Positions 53,959 through 64,000 are shown, numbered from the stretch's first letter. The stretch: 64,000 nucleotides of DNA from Puniceicoccales bacterium (GCA_031283895.1 JAITAV010000004.1:426-64425); one strand, 5' to 3'. Made by a program: numbers and translations. Notes: generated by a model not told the origin, from the letters alone.

Positions 53959-55652
53959 TGTTACCTTTGTGCTCAAAACGTTACCTCCTGCTGACCAGTA
54001 CACTCGCATTTGGATTCCTCGTTTTGGGTGCGCGTACTTTATATTTATACCAGCACAGGCATACCTATCAAGACATCCTACAAGCTCGCCAGCGCACGTA
54101 CATTTTGAACGCACAACGAGGAAAAATCTTTGACAGCACCGGGCAATGTTTGGCCAGCAATCGGCGTGTTTACGAAGTGGGTGTCGACCTAACCCAAGTA
54201 CAGGAAAAAGATTTATTTCAACTCACACGGCTGGCAAAGTTATTAAAAGTTTCTCTCCCTCACTTGGAATCCATTTGGAATTTCAATGCCGCATGTCGTT
54301 GGAAAAAAATCAGAGACAACGTTCCCGAAAGCATTTATCAAAAAATTTGCGCATTGCAAATCAAAGGGGTTTATGGCCATGCAAAAAACTTGCGCGTTTA
54401 TTTCGATACGCATTCATTGGGACATATTATTGGTTTTGTTAACCGTGAAGGCCAGCCTGTTTGCGGGATTGAACGTTCCATGCATTTCTATCTCAACGGG
54501 CAAATGGGAGAAAATCGATTTGAAATGGATGGTAAACGTAATGAATTGGTACAATTTCGTACGCATGCCATTGTTCCACAACACGGGCATAACATAGAAA
54601 TTACACTCGATACAAAAATCCAAGCGTTGGTTGCCCAGATTTTAGAAAAGGCCGATCAACAATACCATCCGAAATCTATTCAAGCCTTAGTTACAAGGCC
54701 TAGATCCGGCGAAATTTTGGCACTTGTCGTCTACCCAGGATTTGACCCAAACCATTATGGACGTTACCCACCCGAAAATTTAAAAAACAAGGTCGTATCG
54801 GACGTTTACGAGCCAGGTTCTGTATTTAAGGCTATCACCGTCAGTGCCGCATTGGATACGCACAGTGTGCAAGAAACCGACCTATTTGACTGCGGGTTAC
54901 AAACCGCCGAATACAAGGGGAAAATGTTGCCTCTTCCCAAAGACTGGAAACCTTTTAACCAACGCATGTCCGTTGCTGACATTCTAACCCATTCAAGCAA
55001 TCGTGGCATCGTACAAATTGCTTTTAAATTGGGTGCGAATAAACTATTTGATTACGGGCAACGTTTCGGATTCGGCGAATCAACAAAGTCGGGATTCGCG
55101 GGAGAAACTCGAGGCATATTGCATCCTCCCAACCAATGGGATGGACTTACCATAACCCGCCTTCCCATCGGACATGCGCTCGCATGCTCTCTCATCCAGA
55201 TGCATTATGCCATGGGAGTTATCGCCAACGACGGCAAGCTGATGTACCCGCAACTTGTTAAACGCATCTACGATTCCAAGGGAGAGATTATACGGACATT
55301 TTCACCCGTTGTGCGCAGACAAGTCATCCAAGAGCAAACCGCTAAAAAGATGCGGCAATTACTCACTCATACAGCATCTTCAAAAGCCTACATCCCTCAC
55401 TACTTTGTGGCGGGGAAAACGGGAACTTCGCAAAAAATTATCGATGGCAAATATTCACACACCCAACATATCTCCTCCATGTCTGGATTTTTTCCCAGTC
55501 AAAATCCACAAATACAAATTACGATTACCGTTGACAGCCCGCAAAGTCAAGGTACAGCCTACGGGGCACAAATCGCCTCTCCCATTTTTAAAGAAATTGC
55601 CGAAGGTATCATTGCTTACTTAGGAATCCCACCCGAATCCCATATTTCGTAA
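53958..55652 (+). CDS. ftsI: class B penicillin-binding protein / peptidoglycan D,D-transpeptidase
   Basis: 564 aa with an N-terminal TM, a PBP dimerisation domain, and the transpeptidase motifs SxxK 'GSVFK', SxN 'HSSN' and KTG 'GKTGTS'. Confidence 0.9.
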   Translation: MLPLCSKRYLLLTSTLAFGFLVLGARTLYLYQHRHTYQDILQARQRTYILNAQRGKIFDSTGQCLASNRRVYEVGVDLTQVQEKDLFQLTRLAKLLKVSLPHLESIWNFNAACRWKKIRDNVPESIYQKICALQIKGVYGHAKNLRVYFDTHSLGHIIGFVNREGQPVCGIERSMHFYLNGQMGENRFEMDGKRNELVQFRTHAIVPQHGHNIEITLDTKIQALVAQILEKADQQYHPKSIQALVTRPRSGEILALVVYPGFDPNHYGRYPPENLKNKVVSDVYEPGSVFKAITVSAALDTHSVQETDLFDCGLQTAEYKGKMLPLPKDWKPFNQRMSVADILTHSSNRGIVQIAFKLGANKLFDYGQRFGFGESTKSGFAGETRGILHPPNQWDGLTITRLPIGHALACSLIQMHYAMGVIANDGKLMYPQLVKRIYDSKGEIIRTFSPVVRRQVIQEQTAKKMRQLLTHTASSKAYIPHYFVAGKTGTSQKIIDGKYSHTQHISSMSGFFPSQNPQIQITITVDSPQSQGTAYGAQIASPIFKEIAEGIIAYLGIPPESHIS

Positions 55653-55728
55653 ATATATGTTTAACATTTGCTTACCCTCTTCCACTTATCTCACCAATCC
55701 CATCCTTTCATTTCCATTACTCAAATTT

Positions 55729-57228
55729 ATGTCACAACCTGTGGATCTAAAAACATTGCTGAAAAATGTTGAAGTTATAAAAATTATGGGGCCCAAAAGT
55801 AACCCGCAAATTAAAAGTCTAGCCGTACACAGTCAAATGGTTCAATCGGAGTCTTTATTTTTTGCAATTTCAGGAACAGAATACCATGGTTCCGACTTTA
55901 TTGAAGAAGCTTCTCGGCGTGGAGCCGTAGCCTGCATTTGTGAACAACTCATCCCTCACATCGGACACATGCTCCAAATTCAAGTGAAAGATGCACGGCA
56001 AGCCCTCAGTCAAATTGCAAACAAATTTTACAATCGCCCCGATACGCAACTACAACTCATAGGGGTTACTGGGACAAGCGGCAAAACGACCACTTCTTGG
56101 CTTCTCAAGCATATACTAACCGTACATTGCAAGGAAGGTACGGGATTGCTAGGTACGCTTCACTACGACCTTGGAAAAAGAATTTTACCCGCCCCAAGAA
56201 CAACCCCCGATGCACTCAGTATCGCTGCCTATCTGAGGGAGATGGTACAGTCTCAACTTAAATATGCGGTTATGGAAGTTTCTTCGCACGGCATCGAACA
56301 AAAACGCGTTGCCGCATTGCAATTTGATACCGCCATCTTTACAAATTTAAGTACAGAACACCTCGATTACCATAAGACGATGGATAATTATTTCATGGTA
56401 AAAAAGTCTCTGTTTTGGCAAAAAGGCCTCAAGCATGCTGTGGTCAATCAAGACGATCCCTATGGCCAGAAACTGCTTCAAGACCTACCACATTCATTGA
56501 ATATAATTACTTTTGGCACTCATACATCGGCTACTTTACAAGCCAAAAATGTGCACATCCATTCACAGGGAACTCAATTTGATTTAGTGCACCCACAAGG
56601 GCAATGGACGGTAAAAACGCCTCTTTTGGGTATCTTCAATGTTTACAATTGTCTGGCTGCTTTAGCCGTTTGCTATGCACAAGGATACGACCTTACCCAA
56701 TCCGTTGAAGCCCTGAAAACCTTGTCCACTATTCCAGGACGTCTGGAAAAAATCCTAAGTGTTCAAAACGATGGCATGGATGCTTTTGTTGATTACGCTC
56801 ATAAACCTCAAGCGCTCAAAAATGTTTTGCAAACGTTACGCCCATTAACTCAAAGGAAAATACATTTAGTGTTTGGATGTGGCGGCAATCGCGATCGTAC
56901 CAAACGGCCTTTAATGGCACGTGTTGCCGAAACCTATGCAGACGTCAATTGGGTAACAAGCGATAATCCACGTACGGAACCTCAATCCCAAATTTTTGAT
57001 GACATAAGAACAGGACTACTGTATCCCGACAAGGTCACTTTTACCGAAGACCGTGCAGAAGCCATTCGTAAAGCATTTGCAAATTGCAAATCGGGTGATT
57101 GCCTTCTTATTGCCGGAAAAGGACACGAGTGTTATCAAGAAATTAATCATCAATTTTTTCCATTTGACGACCGAGCCATTCTTAAAACTTGCCGTTCATC
57201 CAAAAATGACAAATTGCAAGCAGTTTAA
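55729..57228 (+). CDS. murE: UDP-MurNAc-L-Ala-D-Glu:meso-diaminopimelate ligase
   Basis: 'GVTGTSGKTTT', 'VMEVSSHG', 'DYAHKP', 'GCGGNRD' and 'SDNPRTE' (the DNPR motif linked to meso-DAP specificity). ATG at 55729 (MSQPVDLK); the track ORF starts 72 nt earlier. Confidence 0.9.
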   Translation: MSQPVDLKTLLKNVEVIKIMGPKSNPQIKSLAVHSQMVQSESLFFAISGTEYHGSDFIEEASRRGAVACICEQLIPHIGHMLQIQVKDARQALSQIANKFYNRPDTQLQLIGVTGTSGKTTTSWLLKHILTVHCKEGTGLLGTLHYDLGKRILPAPRTTPDALSIAAYLREMVQSQLKYAVMEVSSHGIEQKRVAALQFDTAIFTNLSTEHLDYHKTMDNYFMVKKSLFWQKGLKHAVVNQDDPYGQKLLQDLPHSLNIITFGTHTSATLQAKNVHIHSQGTQFDLVHPQGQWTVKTPLLGIFNVYNCLAALAVCYAQGYDLTQSVEALKTLSTIPGRLEKILSVQNDGMDAFVDYAHKPQALKNVLQTLRPLTQRKIHLVFGCGGNRDRTKRPLMARVAETYADVNWVTSDNPRTEPQSQIFDDIRTGLLYPDKVTFTEDRAEAIRKAFANCKSGDCLLIAGKGHECYQEINHQFFPFDDRAILKTCRSSKNDKLQAV

Positions 57229-58585
57229 TCCCATAGATTTAGCCCAATGGACTCGGGGTACTTGGACACATCTTCCTATAAAAACTATTCAAAATTTCTG
57301 CTTTGATACGCGCCTACTCAAAGCGAATGAATGTTTCCTTGCCATTAAAACAGATCACAACGATGGGCACGCCTATGTGGAACAAGCGCAACAATTGGGA
57401 GCGGCCGCCGCCATTGTGGAACGTAAAGTATCGTGCTCCCTCCCCCAATTAATTGTCTCCAATACCTTGCAAGCATTGCAATGCGTTGCCTTTCATTATC
57501 GCAACACGCTCCCCACAGAAATCTTTGCCATCACGGGCAGTTGTGGAAAAACAACGGCCAAAGAACTGCTTGCCCTTTTGCTAGGCCACGAAAAAACATT
57601 TAAAACTCCCGACAACTTCAACAATCAGTTGGGCGTTCCCCTATCGTTGACACAAATCGATCCGAATCAGCATACGCAGGCAGTCATTGAAATAGGTATC
57701 AGTAAACCTCACGAAATGGAAACACTGGCTAAAATTGTACACCCTAATACGTCCATTTTACTCAATATTGGACCTGCACATATAGGGAATTTTAACGACG
57801 ATATCGCACAACTTGTTAAAGAAAAAATGGCTCTATTTCAATTTTCGCAAAATAACATTTTTCTGCCTGATGCATTGCTAAAGTATCTTATGCCACCACA
57901 CGACTGTCGAACATATGCCATTGCTCAAGTAACACCTCAACCTATTCCAAATAAAATCCCTGTCTACTACTTATGTTATACAGCCCAAGCAATGCCCTAC
58001 GGATGGCAACTTCAATTATACAAGGGTACCCATCATTACGTTTTTACATTGCCCTTTCACGTAGGTACAGGCCAACTTTATACATTTGTCAGCATGTTGC
58101 ACGTTGCTTTGGAGTGTAAGATACCTGCCGATGTTCTCCAGCAACGATTAAACCTATGGACACCGGTTCATCAACGAGGAGAATGGCTGCACATTAACAA
58201 CAAACATTACTTTGGGGATTGCTACAATGCAAATCCTTTATCATTTGCAGACAGTTTACAACATTTTCAGAAAGAAGTCCCTCCCCATATACCTCGCTGT
58301 TACATACTTGGTTCCATGGCAGAACTCGGTGCTAAAAGCCCATTTTATCATCGTCAAATTGCCCAGTCGATACAGCACACGTCGCACGACGTTTTTGTAC
58401 TTATTGGCAATTTCGCGGATGACATAAAAATTGGACTTTTAGGCCAAAACATACAAAATACTCAAATACAAGTATTTAAGACCTCCCAAGAGGCAAAAGT
58501 TTTTTTAACAACGCTGCCCTTTGCATATTTTTTCCTTAAAGGTAGCCACCGTTATCATTTAGAAGCTTGTATCCCAACAGGTTAA
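57206..58585 (+). CDS. murF: UDP-MurNAc-tripeptide:D-Ala-D-Ala ligase
   Basis: 'ITGSCGKTTAKELL', 'EIGISKPHEM', 'DCYNANPLS' and 'LGSMAELG'. ATG at 57206 overlaps the murE end by 23 nt. The longer track ORF (57053) runs inside murE. Confidence 0.88.
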   Translation: MTNCKQFNPIDLAQWTRGTWTHLPIKTIQNFCFDTRLLKANECFLAIKTDHNDGHAYVEQAQQLGAAAAIVERKVSCSLPQLIVSNTLQALQCVAFHYRNTLPTEIFAITGSCGKTTAKELLALLLGHEKTFKTPDNFNNQLGVPLSLTQIDPNQHTQAVIEIGISKPHEMETLAKIVHPNTSILLNIGPAHIGNFNDDIAQLVKEKMALFQFSQNNIFLPDALLKYLMPPHDCRTYAIAQVTPQPIPNKIPVYYLCYTAQAMPYGWQLQLYKGTHHYVFTLPFHVGTGQLYTFVSMLHVALECKIPADVLQQRLNLWTPVHQRGEWLHINNKHYFGDCYNANPLSFADSLQHFQKEVPPHIPRCYILGSMAELGAKSPFYHRQIAQSIQHTSHDVFVLIGNFADDIKIGLLGQNIQNTQIQVFKTSQEAKVFLTTLPFAYFFLKGSHRYHLEACIPTG

Positions 58586-58720
58586 AAATGCATAAAATTT
58601 ATTTCTCTCATTTACTTACAGAAACTCACATCCCCCTCTCCTGTAAAGGATCCATTTTAAACGCTACAAAAACGATTTTATAATCTTTTGATGACCATAG
58701 CCTTTCTCGGATTATCAAAA

Positions 58721-61177
58721 TTATGAATTATTTGTCGTTGCCGTGGGTTTTTTTACGAACTCAAAACCGATCGTTCCGTTTTCTTTCAATACTAAATAGG
58801 CAGAAAAAAATTTCCCCGTCTTCTTTGAACGAAAACGATCTATGAGATCCGTTTTCCCTATCGTCAACAGCTTTTCAAACTGTTCGTTTTGGATAGTACG
58901 ATGCAACAAAGTCCTTGCCATTCTAAAAGTGCATGCATCCTCTTGCACGCGTTCACAAACAAAATTAACATCGGTGGCTCTTACAGTACTTTTACACAAA
59001 GGGCAAACACCTACGGAAGGGTATTTCGATAAATCTTCTGAAGTTAAATAATTACCTTCGCCTTTATGAAAATTAAATTTAACTTGATAATCATCCGTTA
59101 ATTCTAAAATTGCGCTGAACGATTTTCCCGCTTTTGAACGAAATCCCTCCAGAGGTCCAATTTTTTTGTCTTTTAGCAACTCAATAATTTCTTTTTCGGA
59201 CATTCTTCGATTTCCTATCATTTTAAAGATAGAAAACTTTCCATCTTGCGAACGAAAGCTACGAAAAGTCTCCAACATGGGCAACCCATCGCTTGGAGAA
59301 ATAATTTTCGTCTGGCGACCTTCTTGGTCACTTTCTTTGAATGCAAGTATATTTTCTACGATTTTAGAAGTCATTAATCGAATGTCCGACATAAACTGTG
59401 TCCTACTGAGTTGTCTGTTCTGGATCTGGCGCAAACGACATTCCCATTCTCCCGTTAGTGCGGGACTTGCCAACTCTTGTGATCGAACAACCTGCAAAAA
59501 TTCAAGCAACTGTTCCGCTTTAGAGGTCGGTACCAATTCCTTGTCTTGACGTTCCACATACCGAGTCCCAATAAGATTTTCAATGATTTGAGCACGTGTA
59601 GCCGGCGTACCTAATCCTTTTTCTTTCATGGCTTCAGCCAGTTCGTCATCTTCTACGAGCTGTCCTGCATGTTCCATACTGGCCAATAAACTTGCTTCTG
59701 TAAAACGAGCGGGAGGACGCGTTGTATCCTCCAAGCGCTCAAAATTCACCACAGATGCACGATTATTGTCTTCGGGAACCAAAGCGGGCAAGGTTTCTTT
59801 TAGATCCGTTTTTTTGACCACTTCTAACCATCCTGGATAGACCAGAACTTTGCCTTCTGTTTTAAAGACAAAACCTGCAAGGGAAGTTAAGCGAGTGGTC
59901 ACTGCAAATTCAGCGGGCGGAAAAAACACCGATAAAAATCTTTGGACAACCAAATCGTACACTTTACGTTCAGAATCTTTCAAATCACCTGGAGTTTTTT
60001 CAGTCGGAATAATGGCAAAGTGATCCGATACCGCCTTGTTATTAAAAATTGTTTTTTGATGCGTATTAAGCCATTGGTTGGACAAAATTTTTTGAGACAA
60101 CGACTGATAAGCGTCTCCCAAGTGCCGCAAAATTGATGCGCATACGGGTACATAATCTTCGGGTAACGCACGAGAATCCGTACGTGGGTAAGTCAACACC
60201 TTATGCTTTTCGTACAAAGCTTGTGCCGTGTCTAACGTAAATTTCGCAGGGTACCCGTAACGTTGATTACATTCTCTTTGCAGCGAGGTAAGATCAAAAA
60301 GACGGGGAGCCGATTGTTTTGTTCTTTTGGTTGTTTCGGAGACTTCTGCAAAGTTACCGAGAAACGACTGCAATGTCTCAAAGGTTTGATCAACCGCATC
60401 TTTCTCCCAAAACCGATCGCTGCGATCGTTGAGATTAGACAAGTTTTTATTAAATGGCACCTTCTGCAACCAACCTACATAGGTACCCTGCGTAATACTA
60501 AATTTACCCTGTATACGCCAGAATGGAACCGCAATAAAGTTACGAATGCTCTCCTCGCGCTCGCACATGAGAGCGAGTGTGGGTGTTTGTACTCTCCCTA
60601 CAGGAGCCACTTCACGACGACGCGCTCCCAACATTCTTCCGGTGACTACACGCGTACCGTTGATGCCCACCAACCAATCTGCCTCAGCTCTGCAACGCGC
60701 TGCATCTTGTAATGGTTGCATACTCTCGGCATCGCGCAAATGTTCGAACGCTTCACGAATAGCCTCCGGAGTCATTGAAGATAACCACAAGCGTTGTTTA
60801 GGCTTTTGACAATCGGCCAATTCGCATACATAAGTAAAAATTAATTCTCCTTCACGGCCCGCATCGCAAGCGTTTACTAAACTCTCTATCTCCTTGCGTT
60901 GCATCAACTTTTTTAGTGCTTCAAAGCGAGCCAGAGTTTTTTCAATGGGTTTCAGTAAAAATTTTTCTGGGAGAATGGGCAAATTTTTGAGTGACCACCG
61001 CTTGTATTTTGCATCAAAATCTTCCGGCATGTACAATTCTACAATATGTCCTACAGCCGAAGTTATGATCATATCCGCCCGCTCAAAATAACCCTGTTTA
61101 TTTTGCTTGAATGATCCCAAAGCACTCGACAAATCTCGGGCGACACTTGGCTTTTCAGCGATGACCAATTGCTTCAT
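58721..61177 (-). CDS. topB: type IA DNA topoisomerase, topoisomerase III-like, with zinc ribbon and two C-terminal repeat modules
   Basis: 'MKQLVIAEKPSVARDL' (TopB-type TOPRIM start), 'DAGREGELIF', active-site region 'LTYPRTDS', 'CPLCKS...' zinc ribbon, and duplicated 'F(R)SK(A/K)GK.FSA.L.L...' modules. Confidence 0.85.
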   Translation of the reverse strand: MKQLVIAEKPSVARDLSSALGSFKQNKQGYFERADMIITSAVGHIVELYMPEDFDAKYKRWSLKNLPILPEKFLLKPIEKTLARFEALKKLMQRKEIESLVNACDAGREGELIFTYVCELADCQKPKQRLWLSSMTPEAIREAFEHLRDAESMQPLQDAARCRAEADWLVGINGTRVVTGRMLGARRREVAPVGRVQTPTLALMCEREESIRNFIAVPFWRIQGKFSITQGTYVGWLQKVPFNKNLSNLNDRSDRFWEKDAVDQTFETLQSFLGNFAEVSETTKRTKQSAPRLFDLTSLQRECNQRYGYPAKFTLDTAQALYEKHKVLTYPRTDSRALPEDYVPVCASILRHLGDAYQSLSQKILSNQWLNTHQKTIFNNKAVSDHFAIIPTEKTPGDLKDSERKVYDLVVQRFLSVFFPPAEFAVTTRLTSLAGFVFKTEGKVLVYPGWLEVVKKTDLKETLPALVPEDNNRASVVNFERLEDTTRPPARFTEASLLASMEHAGQLVEDDELAEAMKEKGLGTPATRAQIIENLIGTRYVERQDKELVPTSKAEQLLEFLQVVRSQELASPALTGEWECRLRQIQNRQLSRTQFMSDIRLMTSKIVENILAFKESDQEGRQTKIISPSDGLPMLETFRSFRSQDGKFSIFKMIGNRRMSEKEIIELLKDKKIGPLEGFRSKAGKSFSAILELTDDYQVKFNFHKGEGNYLTSEDLSKYPSVGVCPLCKSTVRATDVNFVCERVQEDACTFRMARTLLHRTIQNEQFEKLLTIGKTDLIDRFRSKKTGKFFSAYLVLKENGTIGFEFVKKPTATTNNS

Positions 61178-61343
61178 ACATTAAAAACCGCAAAACTCGT
61201 TGGACAAATTTTTATCGGCCAAAACCATTTTCACATCCATGTGAACTTAATCATTAGATACGTAATTTCATTCAACTTCAACACTTTTTACGGATAAAAT
61301 TCGCGACAAACATCTTGCTAAAAAATGTAAAAACCGCTATTCT

Positions 61344-63560
61344 ATGCAAGTCATGATTGTAAATGCGCCTAAAAAATCAAATGTTTCGAAATCCTTAAGA
61401 CGTTCTTTGTTAGTCAAAATTATATCGAAAGCCATTCCTACAAAAGAAGACCTAGATTCAATCATTGAACTCACGGCCAATAAAGTCATCGATGACTTAA
61501 ATGCTCAAAGTATTACTTTGTATCTTATTGAAAACGAGCAAATATCATTCAAATACGTTTATTATTCACCTTCCCTTTGGGAACAACAACCTGATTTAGA
61601 AAATAAATTCACAGAAAAAAGAGAACAATTGCTTAAGTTAAAAATTCCGCTGGGTACAGGACTCGTAGGGAAGGTAATCCAAACCGGAGAAAGCAATATT
61701 TTTACCAAAGAAGATAATGGAAATGAGCTGTATAATTTAAGCAAAAATACTGACTTTGAAGTAACTTCTATGTTGACGGTTCCACTCAAAGATCAGCGTG
61801 TTATAGGAGCCATACAAGTACTCAATAAAGAACCAACGTCGGAAACACCGTACTTAAACCAAAAAGATCTCACTTATTTGCAAGAAATTGCCGAATATAC
61901 ATCCTTTTTGCTTTTACGTATTTTAGATCCAAACTACAAATTGAGTGAACAGGATACGGCTCGATATGTGGCGAGTTTTACGGAAAGTCCTCTAATCACC
62001 GAAGAAAAAGACTTGGTGATTGATGAACGCCTTATAAAAACTATCAATGGTGAAATAATAGCTCAAACAGGCGTATTCCCGTATAAATTTCTAGGCGATA
62101 AAAATGTTGGCGCCTTGATGAAAAATCCTCTTGATTATCAAGGCCGTGAGTTGTTTACACTCAAAACCCAGTTTTCAATCGATGAAGTTATTGTTATACC
62201 CAATTCTCTATTTGATAACTTGCATCGACGTTTTTTCAACGAGTCTTCAGCCGATCAACAGAATGCCCTTGAATCCGGCCAAGAGATTCATGCAATCACC
62301 TCGCAACTCAAAGAGTCGTACGAGGAACTGGAAAAAGTCTCCGATATTAACCTTGAAGAGTTAAAATCTGAAAATGAGGCGAGTGCGCCCCTCGTCAAAC
62401 TGGTAAACCAAATCATAGAAGATGCCTACTATGGGGGTGCCAGCGATATTCACATTGAACCCCAAGAATCCCGTCTTCTGGTACGGTATCGTATCGACGG
62501 TGTCTGCGTTGAAAAAATTAATTTGCCCGTCAAATCGTGCGCAGCTGTTATAGCACGCATAAAAATTATGTGCGATTTGGACATTGCACAAAAAAGATTA
62601 CCTCAAGATGGACGCATTGACTTTTCAAAATTTACACGTAAAAACTTAAGCATCGATCTGCGTGTTGCCACGTGTCCATCCCTATTTGGTGAAAAAGTGG
62701 TGATGCGTATTTTGGACAAACGAAAATCTGCACTCCCCATAACCTCGCTTGGGTTTTCCGAGTACAATTTGCAAATTTATCGCCACTGTATCCAACAACC
62801 TTACGGCATGATTTTACACTGCGGCCCTACGGGTTCCGGTAAATCGATGACTTTGTTCTCTGCATTAAAGGAAATTGCGAGTCCTGATATTAATATTCAA
62901 ACGGCCGAAGACCCTGTCGAATATACTTTAGCCGGTGTTAATCAGGTGCAAGTGCACAAATCGATCGGATTAACGTTTGCTGCTGCTTTAAGGTCTTTTT
63001 TGCGTATGGACCCAGATGTCATCCTGGTGGGAGAAATTCGTGACCAAGAAACGGCAGAAATTGCAATTGAAGCGGCCTTAACAGGACACTTATTGTTAAG
63101 TACCCTGCACACCAATGATGCACCTTCCACCGTTGCACGTTTTACGGACATGGGAATCGATCCATTTATGATTTCTTCTTCACTATTGGTTATTTGCGCC
63201 CAAAGACTCATTCGAAGAGTATGCAACAAATGCTGCACAAAGTGCATGCCTGACGATACGGAAAAAAAGCTCTTGGAACAAGCAATTCAGTGGTCAGGAG
63301 AAATTCCAAAGGCCACCGAACATGGATGTCTTCACTGCGGTGAATCCGGTATGCGTGGACGCATAGGTATACACGAACTGATGCAAAACTGCCCAGAAAT
63401 TACCAGCGCAATTAACAACAATGCCGATACCGCAACCATCAAAGAAATTGCCATCAAACATGGCATGCGCACCTTACATCAAGACGCCATGGCAAAAGTT
63501 AAAGAAGGTATTACAACTATCCTGGAAGCCGTTTCTACCGCCCCTCCGGATAAAATTTAA
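61344..63560 (+). CDS. gspE: type II secretion ATPase GspE/PilB family with N-terminal GAF domain
   Basis: 738 aa. GAF segment ('SITLYLIENEQ...GTGLVGKVIQTGES...LTVPLKDQRVIGAIQVLNKE'), a T2SSE_N-like segment, Walker A 'GPTGSGKS', Asp/His boxes ('ILVGEIRDQETA', 'TGHLLLSTLHTND') and a tetra-Cys cluster ('CNKCC...CLHC'). Confidence 0.9.
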   Translation: MQVMIVNAPKKSNVSKSLRRSLLVKIISKAIPTKEDLDSIIELTANKVIDDLNAQSITLYLIENEQISFKYVYYSPSLWEQQPDLENKFTEKREQLLKLKIPLGTGLVGKVIQTGESNIFTKEDNGNELYNLSKNTDFEVTSMLTVPLKDQRVIGAIQVLNKEPTSETPYLNQKDLTYLQEIAEYTSFLLLRILDPNYKLSEQDTARYVASFTESPLITEEKDLVIDERLIKTINGEIIAQTGVFPYKFLGDKNVGALMKNPLDYQGRELFTLKTQFSIDEVIVIPNSLFDNLHRRFFNESSADQQNALESGQEIHAITSQLKESYEELEKVSDINLEELKSENEASAPLVKLVNQIIEDAYYGGASDIHIEPQESRLLVRYRIDGVCVEKINLPVKSCAAVIARIKIMCDLDIAQKRLPQDGRIDFSKFTRKNLSIDLRVATCPSLFGEKVVMRILDKRKSALPITSLGFSEYNLQIYRHCIQQPYGMILHCGPTGSGKSMTLFSALKEIASPDINIQTAEDPVEYTLAGVNQVQVHKSIGLTFAAALRSFLRMDPDVILVGEIRDQETAEIAIEAALTGHLLLSTLHTNDAPSTVARFTDMGIDPFMISSSLLVICAQRLIRRVCNKCCTKCMPDDTEKKLLEQAIQWSGEIPKATEHGCLHCGESGMRGRIGIHELMQNCPEITSAINNNADTATIKEIAIKHGMRTLHQDAMAKVKEGITTILEAVSTAPPDKI

Positions 63561-64000
63561 TCCCTTTATGAGGCCATAAAACGTACAGCAGCATATAATT
63601 TTGCACACGTCTACAAAACACACAAATGGAGAGGAACCAATTTTGAAATAACTACCCAGGTGAGCTGTTCAGTCTACCATTCTGCTTTCAATCCGGTTTA
63701 GAATCAAAAGAAGTACCACTTTATCCAAGAGATATGTGCATAAGTAAATCGAATACCTTTATGCAAGTGATTCAGTAGAAAAATAACGAACATTGCCGGA
63801 TGAAATGCATGTTTTTAGTAGGCTTAACCCGTCCGTAATATCGATTTTTCGATAACAAAGGGTTAAGATGATAGATTTTCAAGAAGGGAATCGTACACGC
63901 ACTAGCACAATTTACAATGCATTTTACTCCAAAGGTTTGAGACAACATTTACGCCAATGGGTAGTCTCCTTTTCATTCCATGCAGCGCAGTGAAATACAG

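Noticed and set aside
55657-55728. N-terminal extensions of murE (from 55657) and murF (from 57053) in the ORF track.
   Set aside because: The extensions have no similarity to Mur ligase N-termini, and the murF extension lies inside murE. Internal ATGs (55729 and 57206) give canonical lengths and the usual short overlaps.
1-64000. Search for tRNA (GGTTCGAATCC-type T-arms), tmRNA, SRP RNA, rRNA, CRISPR repeats, IS inverted repeats, and transposase or integrase ORFs.
   Set aside because: None were seen by eye in the intergenic regions or the ORF translations. A covariance-model scan (tRNAscan-SE or Infernal) is needed to exclude small RNAs formally.

Overview
AT-rich, densely coding 64-kb chromosomal segment with roughly fifty protein genes. 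By eye I found no rRNA, tRNA, CRISPR array, transposase or integrase. Most of it is Gram-negative housekeeping. This includes tRNA and rRNA modification (dus, cca, rlmN, rsmH), PPi-dependent phosphofructokinase, trxA, and a tightly overlapping envelope operon (lolC/E-lolD-oxidoreductase-Na/Ala symporter-lpxB). It also includes dnaN, an LptF/G permease, nth, rpsA, a single-chain pyruvate:ferredoxin oxidoreductase, a mraZ-rsmH-ftsL-ftsI-murE-murF block, topoisomerase III, and split type II secretion genes (gspF plus two membrane partners; a GAF-GspE about 31 kb away). The gene mix, together with an RsbU/STAS module and a class I type III secretion chaperone, suggests a PVC/Chlamydiae-like host-associated bacterium. 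That placement is inference only. Seven regions deserve a second look. (1) 15.8-23.3 kb is an accessory block between dnaN and a c-di-AMP synthase gene. It holds a CesT-type T3S chaperone, an internally duplicated 368-aa effector candidate, a 1073-aa secreted coiled-coil protein with perfect in-frame DNA repeats, a HAD phosphatase and two unknown paralogs. (2) A three-domain PTS-EIIA(Ntr-type)/PK_C-like/DAC protein. (3) Two tandem Sec-signal paralogs whose conserved motifs follow the order of a kinase-like fold; the second copy has its signal peptide uncoupled by a T7 homopolymer frameshift. (4) A truncated, frameshifted bioB-family remnant. (5) Four TGGG direct repeats with exact 10-bp phasing that abut the mraZ start codon. 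(6) A 911-aa protein with a minor-pseudopilin-like N-terminus. (7) A CapD/NeuB nonulosonic-acid gene pair. All functional calls come from motif recognition in the supplied translations or my own translations. No database search was run.
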